Part shown: one piece after another, positions 25,756 through 38,627 of the stretch
How the letters are laid out: every line of letters starts with the position of its first letter
Position numbering within the stretch: the first letter of the stretch is position 1
Source: Octopus sinensis
Lineage: Eukaryota
NCBI RefSeq assembly: GCF_006345805.1
Contig: NW_021832424.1
Location: 1-60,709, forward strand
Direction: 5' to 3'
DNA length: 60,709 bases
Notes under the pieces: model-generated
The model's input: only the letters and a program-made list of their open reading frames with translations
The model's database searches: none
Told to the model about the DNA's origin: nothing
Program-made: the position numbers and the translations under genes

Positions 25756-25855
25756 TCTACGCTGAAGAGAAAAGAAGTTTTGGTAAGATAGAATTATTTA
25801 ATATTTAATTCTTATGCTTTCCTAAAAACTTGATTTCGAAACGTACGTCCGTAGA
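25756..25855 (+). ncRNA. Intact type I hammerhead ribozyme (copy 1)
   Basis: tctacg-CTGAAGA-gaaa..aagtttt..gaatta/taattc..aaaactt..tttc-GAAAC-gtac-GTC-cgtaga. Predicted cleavage after C25849. Confidence 0.88.
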
Positions 25856-26345
25856 TAACTTAAAATTGTATGATAGATTGCCGTCAATTCATTCTCTCTT
25901 ACCTGTTTGTGTCTGCCTTCCAATTGCTGTTTTTACTGAGATCTCCCTTTTTAGTAGAAGAATAGCTATAACTCTTTGACTGCTATTTCTAAATTCGGTA
26001 TGTGGTAGGCAATTCGTTGCTAAACCCTTTATTGCTTAGTATTACTTAAATTTTCCTCGAATGAGGCTTTTACATGCCGAAGACTACTTGGTGTAATTGA
26101 TATTATTATTCCAATTAATTAATTTCACCCTTCATTATTACGGATAACCATATTTTATCTCAGTAGATGACCACAGCATCTTGTTTTGGCTACACGCGGG
26201 TGGGAAGGGGCTGGTGACACAATCTTTTCATTCACACATTGAATTTGGTGATACTAGTTGCGGATTCTAGCTCGCTCTGATACTGATTGAGTTGGTGCCT
26301 TCTAGTATCTCAAAATTCAATATATATCATTTATGATTATAGTAT

Positions 26346-26445
26346 TCTACGCTGAAGAGAAAAGAAGTTTTGGTAAGATAGAATTATTTAATATTTAATT
26401 CTTATGCTTTCCTAAAAACTTGATTTCGAAACGTACGTCCGTAGA
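26346..26445 (+). ncRNA. Intact type I hammerhead ribozyme (copy 2)
   Basis: Identical to copy 1. Predicted cleavage after C26439. Confidence 0.88.
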
Positions 26446-26738
26446 TAACTTAAAATTGTATGATAGATTGCCGTCAATTCATTCTCTCTTACCTGTTTGT
26501 GTGTCTCTGCCTTCCAATTGCTGTTTTTACTGAGATCTCCCTTTTTAGTAGAAGAAATAGCTATAACTCTTTGACTGCTATTTCTAAATTCGGTATGTGG
26601 TAAGGCAATTCGTTGCTAAACCCTTTATTGCTTAGTATTACTTAAATTTTCTTCGAATGAGGCTTTTACATGCCGAAGACTACTTGTGTAATTGATAATT
26701 ATTCCAAATTAATTAATTTCACCCTTCATTATTACGGA

Positions 26739-26826
<88 letters not shown>

Positions 26827-26955
26827 CATATACATGTATATATATATACATACATATACATATATATATATATATATATACATACATATACATATATACA
26901 ATCATATATGTGTTATATACATATATATATATACATACAAACATATATGTATATT

Positions 26956-26991
<36 letters not shown>

Positions 26992-27074
26992 ATATATATA
27001 CATACATACGTATACATATATTTATATACCACACAAACGTATGTATACATGCTTCCATAAAGATTAAACTCGCA

Positions 27075-27255
27075 AGATTCTGACAATGTTCACAACTTTT
27101 AACAAAAATAGCGATGTCGACATATTGTTTCCGAAGTAAAGGAGGAAGAAGCTTACGATCGTTGCAGACAGCCTCCCGGATCTTTATGCTATCAATAAGC
27201 CACCATCTGTTGAACAATAGCAGTGAAACTAAATAATCACCAAGTGCTAACAAAC
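27075..27255 (-). pseudogene. Possible decayed LTR-retrotransposon integrase zinc-binding fragment
   Basis: [13 protein letters not shown] resembles DI..YVKSC..CQ; the histidines are not recognisable. Confidence 0.3.
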
Positions 27256-27854
27256 GAAATGAACAATATGCTGCCAGTCGTTTGCGAACTTCTCAAAAAA
27301 CACTCGCGTCATAATTACATTCCACGCGAACCATGAAAAGAATGACAATATTAAAATAACCTCACCTGGACGCGCGACTGGTATATTTTAACGACTATGC
27401 TTTCGCAATTCATGAACAAGGATGGCTACAAAATTTCTCATGAACAGTGAATCTTTTAAAATTCCATACTGCAACCGCAAGTGTTGAATATATGACTCTC
27501 CGATAGCGGATATATAAGAGCACTCCGTCGGTTACGACGACGCGGATCCCAACTGATACGATCAACGGAACAAGTTGCTCGGGAAATTAACGTGCAAGTG
27601 GCTGAGCATTCCACAGACACGTGTACCCTTAACGTAGTTCGCAAGGAGATTCAGCGTGACACAGAGTGTGATAAGGCTGAGATAGGTAAGTGATACAATA
27701 ACATCAGACTATCTTAAAGTTCGTCATGTGACCATTGTCGCTGTTCTTATGCCGATTCCAATAATGGAACTTTTGTTCCTTTGTTAGAAACAAACTCATC
27801 TAATTCTAGAAAAAAAAATGCTAATGAATAAAAAGTAGCACAAAAGCAAATATA

Positions 27855-28140
27855 GAGGCACATGGCCTAGTGGTTAGAGCAGCGTACTCGCGGTTGAGGG
27901 ATCGTGGGTTCGAATCTCAGACCGGGCGATGTGTGTGTTTATGAGCGAAACACCTAAGCTCCCCGCGGCTCCGGCAGAAAGTAATGGCGAACTTTTGCTG
28001 ACTCTTTCGCCCAAACTTCCTCTCACTCTTTCCTCCTGCATCTTGCAGCTCAACTGCGACGGACCGGCGTCCCGTCCAGGTGGGGAACCTATACGCCAAG
28101 GAAACTGGGAAACCTGCCCAGGCATGGCTCGAGAAGGAAC
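27855..28140 (+). mobile_element. tRNA-derived SINE, family C
   Basis: A box TGGCCTAGTGG, B box GGTTCGAATC. Same head as 41753. Tail fragments at ~27500-27680 (-), 29420-29585 and 33380-33515. Confidence 0.8.
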
Positions 28141-28329
28141 AAACAACAACAACAAAACCCAAACCAAATACACACACATATACTATGTATAGTTATATAT
28201 GTAGCTATATATATATAATTTACAAGATTATCTTGTAAATTATTTATAAATTTAACCTTTAAAGGTATTTTTTGATATGCTGGCCATTGATAAAATTTTT
28301 TTCGCGAAAAAAAGTTTATCCTACATTAG

Positions 28330-28365
<36 letters not shown>

Positions 28366-28367
<2 letters not shown>

Positions 28368-28400
28368 TAGCTGAGATACCCGGCGTTGCCCGTGTTACAT
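28366..28400 (-). mobile_element. Helitron-like 3' terminus
   Basis: Minus strand cacgggcaacgccgggtatctcagCTAGt: GC-rich hairpin-like motif followed by CTAG. Confidence 0.55.
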
Positions 28401-30529
28401 TCAATTGAAGAATTAGACTTTTCTGTTACATATATGGACAAGAATATCTGTTTCGAATTTCATCAAAATTACAGATGAGGGTTATTTCTCTCTTTACACA
28501 CGCACAAAATTGTAATCGTGCCACATGCATCCTATACTACACATTTTTATGCGCATATTCAAAAATTCCAGTTTTATTGAACCTGTTAAAAGGATTTTGC
28601 ACCTGAAAAATGAAGGTCATGGAGCACTAAAATGTGAGAGTTAAGGCCCCTGTTGGGATTGGGTGTCTTAATGTCAAGCAGAGAAGTTGAATTGTTGAGA
28701 ATCTTTTTAACTTGGGTCTTATATCTATTGTTTGAATTTTTTGAAATAGGAAATGTATGTTCACTGGGTTTGTAAAAGAGAGCAAAGCTACAGGAAACCA
28801 AAAGACGAATGATCACAATACGCAGTCAGCTACACCAGCCTAGTCGTTACCACTCCCAATGTAGGATTCTTCACCATCCAGATGACAGGCACAGCCGTAA
28901 GATGCATTACGAATCTATAGCAATTGGAAAGGCGTGACCCAACTGAAATAAACATTAACAGCTGTGTGACGTGAGAGCTAAGGAGAAATGAAAGTGTCAC
29001 CGCTGGAGTTTGCAAATGACCACTATACTGATACATAACTTGACAATAAATTTACAATCTATAAATGTCTTTGAATAACCAGTCACTCATCTGGGAAAGC
29101 CTTGAAATCAATGTTACCATCTGGGGACTATGTGTGACCGAGTGATAATAAAAAGGCTGAAAGGAGGTCTGCAATCAAATAACTTTACTCAACACTTTGC
29201 AACTGAATCAGTGGAGGCAAAGTTGCTTCTTATTTACTTGACAATTTATGCAGCACATTGCAGAAATCACAATGTATGTCAAAGCAAACTGTTACACTGT
29301 TGTACCATTGAATTAGAAATAATGCTCAACTTTCATGCTCGGGTAACCCTACAGCTTCCAAGAGCACAACTGTATTCGTTTTTGCTTAGATAAAAGGACA
29401 AAATTGTGGGTGTTAAGTCTCCATGGCGGGGTCACAATCTGTGTCACGCTGAATCTCCCCGAGAACTACGTTAAGGGTACATGTGTCTGCGGAGTGCTCA
29501 GACACTTGCGCGTTAATTTCATGAGCAGGCTGTTCCATTAATAAGATCAACTGGAACCCTCATCGTAGCAACCAACGGAGTTCCATATATATATATATAT
29601 ATATATATATACGGCGGGCTTCTTTCACTTTCCGTCCACCAAATCCCCTCACAAGGCTTTAGTCGGCCCGAGCCTATAGTAGAAGACACCTGCCGATGGT
29701 GCCACGCAATGAGACTGAACCCGGAATTATGTAGCTGGTAAGCAAACTACTTACCACACAGCCACTCCTGGAGAAAATTGACTTAGAAGTATACAGCACA
29801 AGGCAGAATGTGTATATGTGTATTTGCGATTTTTTCTGTGTCCTATATACACATACATTATATACATACATGCACACGCGCGCACATGTACGCCAACCCC
29901 CCCCCCCCACACACACACACATACACATATATTCATATATACATATTTAAATACGTATATAAAAATATACGTGTGTGTGTGTGTGTGTGTGCATATGAGC
30001 GAATGTGCGTATGTGTGTGTGTGTGTGGGTGTGTGTGTGTGCAGACTAAACATAAAATGAAATTGGATATTATCATTGAATTATGGAGATGAATTGTGCT
30101 ACGTTGAAAAGTGTTTTAGGAAATTGTATAAATCTCGTTAGTAAACTAATGCTCGAAGACATATAATATTATGTGTTAGTGTTAAAATATTTAAAGGTAA
30201 AGCAGTTGGAAATCAATATTTCTACATTAAAAAAAGTAGTAACTAACTGAGATTAGCTCTGATCATATACACCTGTATGTATGTATGTATGTATGTATGT
30301 ATGTATGTATGTATGTATGTATGTATGTATGATGTATGTATGTATGTATGTATATTTGTATGTACGTATGTCTGTATATATATATATATGTATATTTGTA
30401 TGTATGTATGTTTGTATGTATGTGTGCGTTCATGCGTGTATTATGTATATATATACATGTATGTATAAAGGCATGTATGTATGCACATATGTATATGTAT
30501 AATATACACACACACACACACATACGCAT

Positions 30530-30567
<38 letters not shown>

Positions 30568-30679
30568 GTATGTATGCACATATTTATATATAGATATATA
30601 GATATGTATATAGATATACAAATATGTATATTTATATGTACATTATATATATATGTGTATATATATGTGTGTGTGTGTG

Positions 30680-30741
<62 letters not shown>

Positions 30742-32065
30742 GATACATACATATATGCATAAATATACACATGTTTATCACACATACCCGTATAGCTGTA
30801 TATATATGTATGATTGCATCAATGTATGTATGTGTGTATGTGTATGTGTATGTACATATATATTAGTCTTAAACTTCTTGGAAGCTTGTCTTTAGAAGAT
30901 TAATTGAGAAAACTATGTCAGGAAACTGTGTTTAAACACTCATACACGTAAATACACACACATAAACACACATATATATATACACACATACTTAAACACA
31001 TATATGCATGTACTCTTACACTCATGGATTTATTCACATGCAATATATATCATATAACTGAGAGATATATAACCGAGAGAAGCTATCAAAGATTACCGTT
31101 TCGTGTGCTGCATTCACGTACAGAAGTGTTTTAAATACGTTATACGGTGAGTTGTAAAGTTTAAATCAACTGTGATTATCCGGCCAATATATAGAAAGAA
31201 TATAATATAATAAGGCAGGCAACTTAATTGATTGAAAATACTTTAGCAATATTGACAATGGAAGTTGGAATAAATCTGAGTTTTAAAATGCTGTATAAAT
31301 TCAATGAACGTATTTCGGTTTCAATTGAAATCTTCAGCAAATATATTCTAATCATTTTGCAAATTAATATAAGCTCAATTGATGGATAATTTTAGTTGAT
31401 CGAAGTCTGCAAGCTTGCCATATAACATATTTGAAACCGGACTACATTTCTTTGTACTATGCAGAACTCTCACCTGATTTATTTTCCTCACACTTATTGT
31501 TGATATTGATAATCAACGCTAATATATTCTCTTTGTCTGGTTATATCTATTGATCATCGTAAACCTGAAAACTTATTACAATATGTCTGTTGTTTTCATC
31601 AGCTTATTTACAACTAGATCTACTACAATCTACTACAATCTACTACAATCTGCATTTTATATATGACCAAAAATTGTGGTTAAATTTCATTATTGGCGTT
31701 CTTCTTGCTTAATAAACGCTGCAAGTGGGAACATTTCTAAGCCACTTTTCTATTTAAAATTGACCGCACGTATTTCTTCCGATGCATGGACGAAAATCGC
31801 ATTGAAGGACACTTAAACTCTGAAAAGTAATAACAGATCGTAAAATGTGATATGTATACGAACATTTCACACATTTTTAACCCTTTCGTTTTATCTTTCC
31901 TACACACACACACAACACACACACACACACATATATATAGTCTACATAAAGGAATTCGCGACCCAACTTGCTAAGCTATCTTTACAGCCTTCGTACGTTC
32001 GCAATTTCTTTTATTTATGTAGAATACCGACACACACGGCGCTTTTAAGTTCGTTTATGAAATGT

Positions 32066-32102
<37 letters not shown>

Positions 32103-32103
32103 T

Positions 32104-32155
<52 letters not shown>

Positions 32156-32406
32156 ATATGTACATATACGGGGTGGACCCAAAGTCATCTGACAATAAAT
32201 CAGAACCATCTAATTCCAAGATTTGTATATGTTTAACACAACTGAATGAATTTAATAAAAGCATCTAAATATAACATATCATGGAAATAGTTCAAACTGA
32301 AGTCCTTCTTGAGCGACACATTTTTCCATTCGAGTCAATACAGAATTACAGATAGTATTTATGTAATTTTAATTTACTGTTGGGTGACATTTGCCCAACC
32401 CTGTAA

Positions 32407-32501
<95 letters not shown>

Positions 32502-32710
32502 TACACGGCCAGCCACCTTCGGCTTCTGTTTAACAAATCCACTCACAAGACACTTTCCCAAGTTGCCAAGTAGTGGAAATGAATTCGGAACCATGTGGTT
32601 GGGAAGCAAACTTCTTACTACGCATCCACCCCCGCGCCCATTATTCGCTATGATAGATCGCTAGCCACTATACCTTTTTCTATTTTCTTTCTCTGTTTAT
32701 TTCTGTGGTC

Positions 32711-32745
32711 CTTTCTGTCGAACAACGTAGGCTCGAAACGTAAAC
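32711..32745 (+). ncRNA. A6U hammerhead-like motif (copy 2, decayed)
   Basis: cttt-CTGTCGA-a-CAAC-gtag-GCTC-GAAAC-GTA-aac, in a repeat (~32645-32833) ending in (TA)n. Confidence 0.5.
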
Positions 32746-32919
32746 CAATTTCTCACTTCCCGAGCGTTAAACTACTACATCTGTTTGGTGTTTGCACACC
32801 CGTCTTCGTCTTTTGTTTTTTGTAAATTCTCACTATATATATATATATATACCTCGTGAAGATCACTTGCAATTTTTTTCCCCTCTGTCCTCCCACCTCG
32901 GGGTCTTTCTTTCTCCTAT

Positions 32920-32954
32920 GTTTCCGACGAAGAGCTCCGCTCGAAACGTCATAC
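32920..32954 (+). ncRNA. Minimal type I hammerhead motif (U4C change)
   Basis: gttt-CCGACGA-a-GAGC-tcc-GCTC-GAAAC-GTC-atac, in a 200-bp unit between two (TA)n tracts. Confidence 0.6.
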
Positions 32955-33512
32955 ACTCCTTCTTCCCTTCTTTCCTGAGCCCCCAATAATACTTTATTTG
33001 TTCCACATCCTCGCGTTGTTGTCTTTTTGTTTTCTTGTTTGGATTAACTTTATATATATATATATATATATGGAGAGAGAGGGAGAGAGACAGACAGACA
33101 GACAACAAGTTCCTTGTTAGAGTCGTGAAGGAGTGGCGACATCGACTGGCATTCCCTTAAGGTGTATTCTGGAGGAAATAACTGGACGCTGGCTACATTT
33201 CCTATATTTTCATATCCCAGTAGATTGTACCACTTTTGGAAAGAGCAACGAATCACCTTTTCATCATTTACATTAATGACAGTTCAATTCCCGCCGACGC
33301 GTTATGTTCTTGAGCAAGGCATTTTATTTCACGTTGCTTCAGTCCACTCAGCTAGTAAAAATGAGTAGAACCTGTATATCGAAGGGCCAGCCTTGTCACA
33401 CTGTTTCACGCTGAATCTCCCTGAGAACTACGTTAAGGGTGCACGTGTCTGTGGAGGGCTCAGCCACTTGCACGTTCATTTCATGAGCAAGCTGTTCTGT
33501 TGATCGTATCAT

Positions 33513-33549
<37 letters not shown>

Positions 33550-33679
33550 CGAACACACTAGTGCAAACAAGGGAGTCAGAGAAAGGCAGAATGCCACTTA
33601 TATCTGAACACTACTATAGAAATATTCCTTTAAAAAAACTTTTCTTCTAATTTTTCTAAATTTAATTATTTAATCGTTA

Positions 33680-33717
33680 CAGTTGAAAAGGTCTCAAAAT
33701 GACCGAAACCGGTACTG
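33680..33717 (+). ncRNA. Minimal type I hammerhead, U3-A8 covariant
   Basis: cag-TTGAAAA-GGTC-tcaaaat-GACC-GAAAC-cg-GTA-ctg. All stems pair; ~225-bp unit flanked by (TA)n. Confidence 0.75.
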
Positions 33718-34432
33718 AAAGATTCACTATAAAATTATCTTAGCATTTTCTATTTTTGACTTGTTTTTTCATATATATATATATATATATATATCGTGAA
33801 CACGTTGGGAAATAGCAGGTCACTAGGTCAGCCAAAATAACACTTACATTCAATTATGGTATTGAAAGCGTTTCTCCCGTTCGTTACATTCGACGACAAA
33901 ATATGTGTATGTATTTGAATGCTTAGCGACTTATGTTCGTTTGTGAGTGTGTCTGTACATATATATAATATATAATAATCTAACTAAGAGGTATGTGTTA
34001 TAGTAATATAAAATTATAGTGGAGTTATTGGAAATGAGATGACTATTGATTTTCTGAATTTTTAAAAAATTGTTTCAGGTTTTGCTGGAAAATTTTAAAT
34101 ATCGTTAAAACCGGTGAAAGAGGTTGTTGTTTGTTTACAAATAGGTAAATGTGAAATAGATGTAAAGATTGTCAATAAAAAGTGGTTGGTTTGGACCATT
34201 TAACGGGGGGTGATAAACGAGAGAGAAAAGAATGATAATACGTGATGGAGTGCTTCAATGAAATGGATAATATATAAGTTAATTAAAGCATCAAGAGACG
34301 AATTTGTGTAATTATTTGTATATTTGCAATAGATTGCCAACATTAAAAAGTAAACAAAAAATTAAATTTTGATTTGTAGATGATAACAGGAAAACATTGA
34401 AATGCTATACAACAACAGCAACAATAATGATG

Positions 34433-34500
<68 letters not shown>

Positions 34501-34503
<3 letters not shown>

Positions 34504-35043
34504 CAGGCAGTGGCTCTCATGGCTTCTGATCTTAACTGATTGGAACTGTTATCATGTACATTGTTTTGTCTTGGTATAAAAGATGGGCTACAGCGAATAT
34601 TCTGCTCAATACCACAGATTTGCTTGTCAATTGTTTGACCTTAACCAGTTGAGCATGTCCCTTAGTGGCTGACGATATGTGCATCTCTGATCACGAGCAG
34701 AAGTAGTGGGGGAGCATCATGGCCATGTGTTGGGGGGATTCTTTGGGGTTTGAATAATTCACCTCTGGAAACATGGGTGGTTCTGTCAACAATCCTTAAA
34801 CAGCCCTTATTCAGAGACCTTTTGAGCGGGATGGGCTACTCAACCTGAAGAAAATTCTAACTGGGCCCCACCTGCAAGGTCATGTGCTGTTTATCTTGAT
34901 ATGAGATCACCATGTCGCGCACATATGGTTGTGATGCATGTGCCTGGTGTACCTTTATCAGACGGGTAGTCATGATGGGTATATTGGGCTTCGTATATTT
35001 TACCCCAGTGTCACTTTGATGGCATGCACTGCTCTCTCACTCA
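34501..35043 (+). mobile_element. (AAT)n-flanked repeat, probable LINE 3' UTR; 3' part duplicated at 35484-35711
   Basis: Both copies end ctctctcactc-(AAT)n and start after (AAT)n. Confidence 0.65.
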
Positions 35044-35051
35044 ATAATAAC

Positions 35052-35089
<38 letters not shown>

Positions 35090-35102
35090 CAACAACAACA
35101 AC

Positions 35103-35172
<70 letters not shown>

Positions 35173-35192
35173 TAATAATAATAATAATAATA

Positions 35193-35375
35193 ACCAGGAC
35201 TTACAAACACATATATCATACAGAAATTGCACTACTAGGCACTGCACACATCCTACGCAGAGCACTTTCCATACAATAACCATCAGAGCATCACAACAAT
35301 CACAGCACATACCCAAGGCACACAGAGCTGCGCTCGGTAGTGAAGTGAAAGCACGCTATAAAAATAAAACTACTG
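35193..35375 (+). mobile_element. R4/Dong-like LINE 3' end
   Basis: IALLGTAHILRRALSIQ-stop, then a short UTR and (AAT)n. Same UTR at 46915-47014. Confidence 0.8.
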
Positions 35376-35381
35376 AATAAT

Positions 35382-35483
<102 letters not shown>

Positions 35484-35729
35484 GACCTTTTGAGCGGGAT
35501 GGGCTACTCAACCAGAAGAAAATTCTAACTGGGCCCCACCTGCAAGGTCATGTGCTGTTTATCTTTTTATGAGATCACCATGTCGCGTACATATTGTTGT
35601 GATGCATGTGCCTGGTGTACCCTTATCAGACGGGTAGTCATGATGGGTATATTGGGCTTCGTATATTTTACCCCAGTGTCACTTTGATGGCATGAACTGC
35701 TCTCTCACTCAATAATAATAATAATGATA

Positions 35730-36025
35730 ACTAATATGAGTAACACTTTCCTCTTTTGATTTTCATAACCTACATAGGGGAATCTACTTGGTTTTTGTCT
35801 ATTTTGGCTTTTATCCAATTAGTCCTTAACACTTGATCTTATACATCTACTAACAAACTTTCTCTCTCCGTTTTCGGTTTTCCTTTCTGCAACCATAGCT
35901 TTGTCTCACTATTACTATTTGTTAAAACTATCTTTGGAAATCTACCATGCAGCGCCTTCTCCTGCCAATCAGATAATTTCTGTTCCTTTTTCTAATAATT
36001 AACTCCGCTTGGGTTTTTGGTTTCC
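35730..36025 (-). mobile_element. R4/Dong-like internal fragment
   Basis: WQEKALHG..DQVLRTNWIKAKIDK..CRL.K..EESVTHI. Confidence 0.7.
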
Positions 36026-36044
36026 CTTAAGATTATTATTATTA

Positions 36045-36087
<43 letters not shown>

Positions 36088-36104
36088 CATTATTATTATT
36101 ATTA

Positions 36105-37440
36105 TTATTCTATGTTTGACTTTTGCTTTACATTTGCACAAGCTGGCTCCAAGTTTCACCCAGAGACCTCAAAGAGACAACAAGTTGGAAGTTCATGTTG
36201 GTGTTATGCCTAAGATGCCATATATTTGGTTTTGTACTTAGTGGTGTACTAGTGAATGCCTAAAAGACCATACGAAAATTATGGGGTTTTTTAAACTTGA
36301 GATTACAAAGAAAGTATTTTGCGTAGGATATGAGCAGTTCCCATGAGGAATATCTTTTGAATTTCTGCCATTTTTTGGGTTTCCTGGTATCTGAGTTAGG
36401 TAGCAATCAGCCCCTTTTGCTATTATTCCCAGGGCACCTATGACAACAAGTATTGTTTTAGTCTTCAGGTTCCACATTTTGCCAATTTCTATTTCAACAT
36501 CTTTATACTTGCTCAGTTTCCGGTAGGTCTTGACAAATACGTTTATATCGATTGGGACAGTCATATCAATGAGGAGGCATGTTTTTTGCCTGAAGTCTTT
36601 TACTATGATATCTGGCCTATTCGCGTCTATCTTTCTGTCAGTTTGAATGGTGAAGTTCCAGAGGAGTGAGATGTGGTCATTTTCAAGCACTGGAGGTGGT
36701 TTGTGTTCCCACCAGTTTTTATCACGGGGCAAGTCCAGGCTTCTGCAAATTACCCAGTGAATATATTGTGCAGCTCTATCATGCCTGTTGAGATACTCTG
36801 TAGGTGCAAGAAGACTTAATAATAGGAGAATAAGACTTGTACTGAGGACTGACCTAAAAACTGCATCGAAGCAATTAACACCTTGGCACTTCCAGTAGTC
36901 TAGTACAGTTTCAAAATCATTAACTGGAATCCTACCGAACTCCAATTGCTGGACATCCAGGAATATGCACCACCCTAAGGTAGACGTAGACCATTTGTAC
37001 CTACCTAGAAGCAATGGGGAAGAAGAATGATGTGACTAGAACAATGCTATAAGACCTCCACTATAAGAATGAAGAGGTACTTGTCTTGTACTTATCTAGT
37101 ACTGGATGATACGATTTGTGTGTGAACATGAAAGTAGCAAAAAGTCACACTCTGTTGTTAAGGAAGCTTATAAATTCGCAAGGGAACTGTGCATCAACCC
37201 TGAATGAGATGAAGAACCTGAAAAAACTGTTACCAAGCAAGCAAGCAAAACAAATAAAGCAGACTACAAAAAAGAACGGACAGAAACAAATTGAGAAGCG
37301 GTGGAGCCAGGGTTCCCTGCATAGACAATACATTCTCCAAAGTCAAAGTGCTTATGTAGACCAAGCAACAACTGATCAGTGGCTGAGGAGTTCAGGATTG
37401 AAAACAGAGACTGAAGGCTTCATACTGACCGCACAAGATC
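36105..37440 (-). mobile_element. R4/Dong-like LINE with inverted 5' segment
   Basis: Minus 36105-36821 encodes the RLE domain (RHD, NRPDII, LIDMTVP, VVIGALG) with an (AAT)n tail. Plus 36822-37440 encodes upstream sequence (MHHPK.DVD.LYLPR, WLRSSGLKTETEGFILTAQD). Confidence 0.85.
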
Positions 37441-37990
37441 ACGATCGCTACTTATATTCTTTGCACGATGTTTTAGGTACTGAGCAATCCCTCTCTTTAC
37501 ACTGTATGGATGGTAGGAATTGAAATTGAGGTATCGTCCAATGAAGGTCGGTTTGCGGTATATGGATGTCCTGAATCCATACTTAGTGCGTGTTATTAAT
37601 GCGTCCAGGAATGCTAGCGATCGTGATACGCACCACGAAGAAATGATCAAACTCAATAACAATCTATTAAGCAACAACTACCCGCTCCAATTATGTACAA
37701 AAGAGAGGATGAATCCAATAAACTGTGCACAGCCTGTCTACTCTATGTGAAAGGCCTCTCTGAAAAGATATAAAAGACATGCGGCCCCTTTCGAGTAAAA
37801 CCATCAATGGGAGAGAATATGACCAAAGACTGCGTGTACTTCATCCCATGCAGTTGTGGTAGGTTATACAAAGGGGAAACAAGCCGGCCCCTCAAAATAA
37901 GGGTAGACGAACATCGTAAAGCTGTGACATAAAGAGATATTGATAAATTTGGTATAGCTGGTCATGTATGGTAATATGGAGACCAGCTTC
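37437..37990 (+). mobile_element. Penelope-like RT-thumb/GIY-YIG fragment with inverted 5' piece
   Basis: Minus 37437-37612 FLDALITR..IYRKPTFIGRYLNFNSYHP; plus VYFIPCSCGRLYKGETSRPLKIRVDEH. Confidence 0.85.
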
Positions 37991-38627
37991 CCCCGGGTTT
38001 GTCCCGGTGAGTGATTGCATCAAACATACAGAGTAAAAAGTAAACAGTGATAATAATAGTAATAATTGTGGTTTCTAAGTTAGCTACAGAGCCAGTAACT
38101 TTGAAGTGATGGAATTAGTCGGCACCATCGACTCCAATACTTGACTGATGATACTTTATCGATAACGAAAGTGTGAAAAGCAAGTTTTATCACTGTGGAA
38201 TTTGAAATCTTGACGGAGGAATCAGAAGAAACTCTGCTGAATATTTAGTTGAAAGGAATTAAATAAGATACATCGTGAATAGTTCGGTGAGAATCAAAAT
38301 GTCAAAAGTCGAAGGAAGCAAACAGATATAAGTTGAACTAAATTGCAGCATAAATGAAAAATGTTTCGGATTTTTTTGTGCAATTGAATAAGTTAGTTAG
38401 AAATCAATTCTGGTAAGTGTTGGGCAGGATGATTTAGCTTTGACTAGTGAGTTAATAACTTGATGAATTAGGTTGGAATTTTAGATATAACTGGAAAGAT
38501 GTTTTCCATTCTGCTACAGAAATTTGTGTTACAGACAGGAGGAGTTCAATATAAATTATGTTTTACAGAAGAAAATAGAATTGCATAAATATATTACTAA
38601 TTGTAAGAATAATCCATCAGTGAGTTA

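Larger units (their letters stand above)
25365..26742 (+). mobile_element. Retrozyme/PLE-pLTR-like element: inverted 291-bp copy plus ~590-bp tandem units ending in (TA)n
   Basis: 25656-26246 is repeated from 26247 to 26742 with few differences. 25365-25655 is the reverse complement of ~26110-26398. Confidence 0.9.

Noticed and set aside
31304-31340. Minus-strand CTGAAGA-tttcaattgaaacc-GAAA-tac-GTT hammerhead remnant
   Set aside because: It needs a 2-nt deletion plus mismatches in stems I and III; too degenerate to count.
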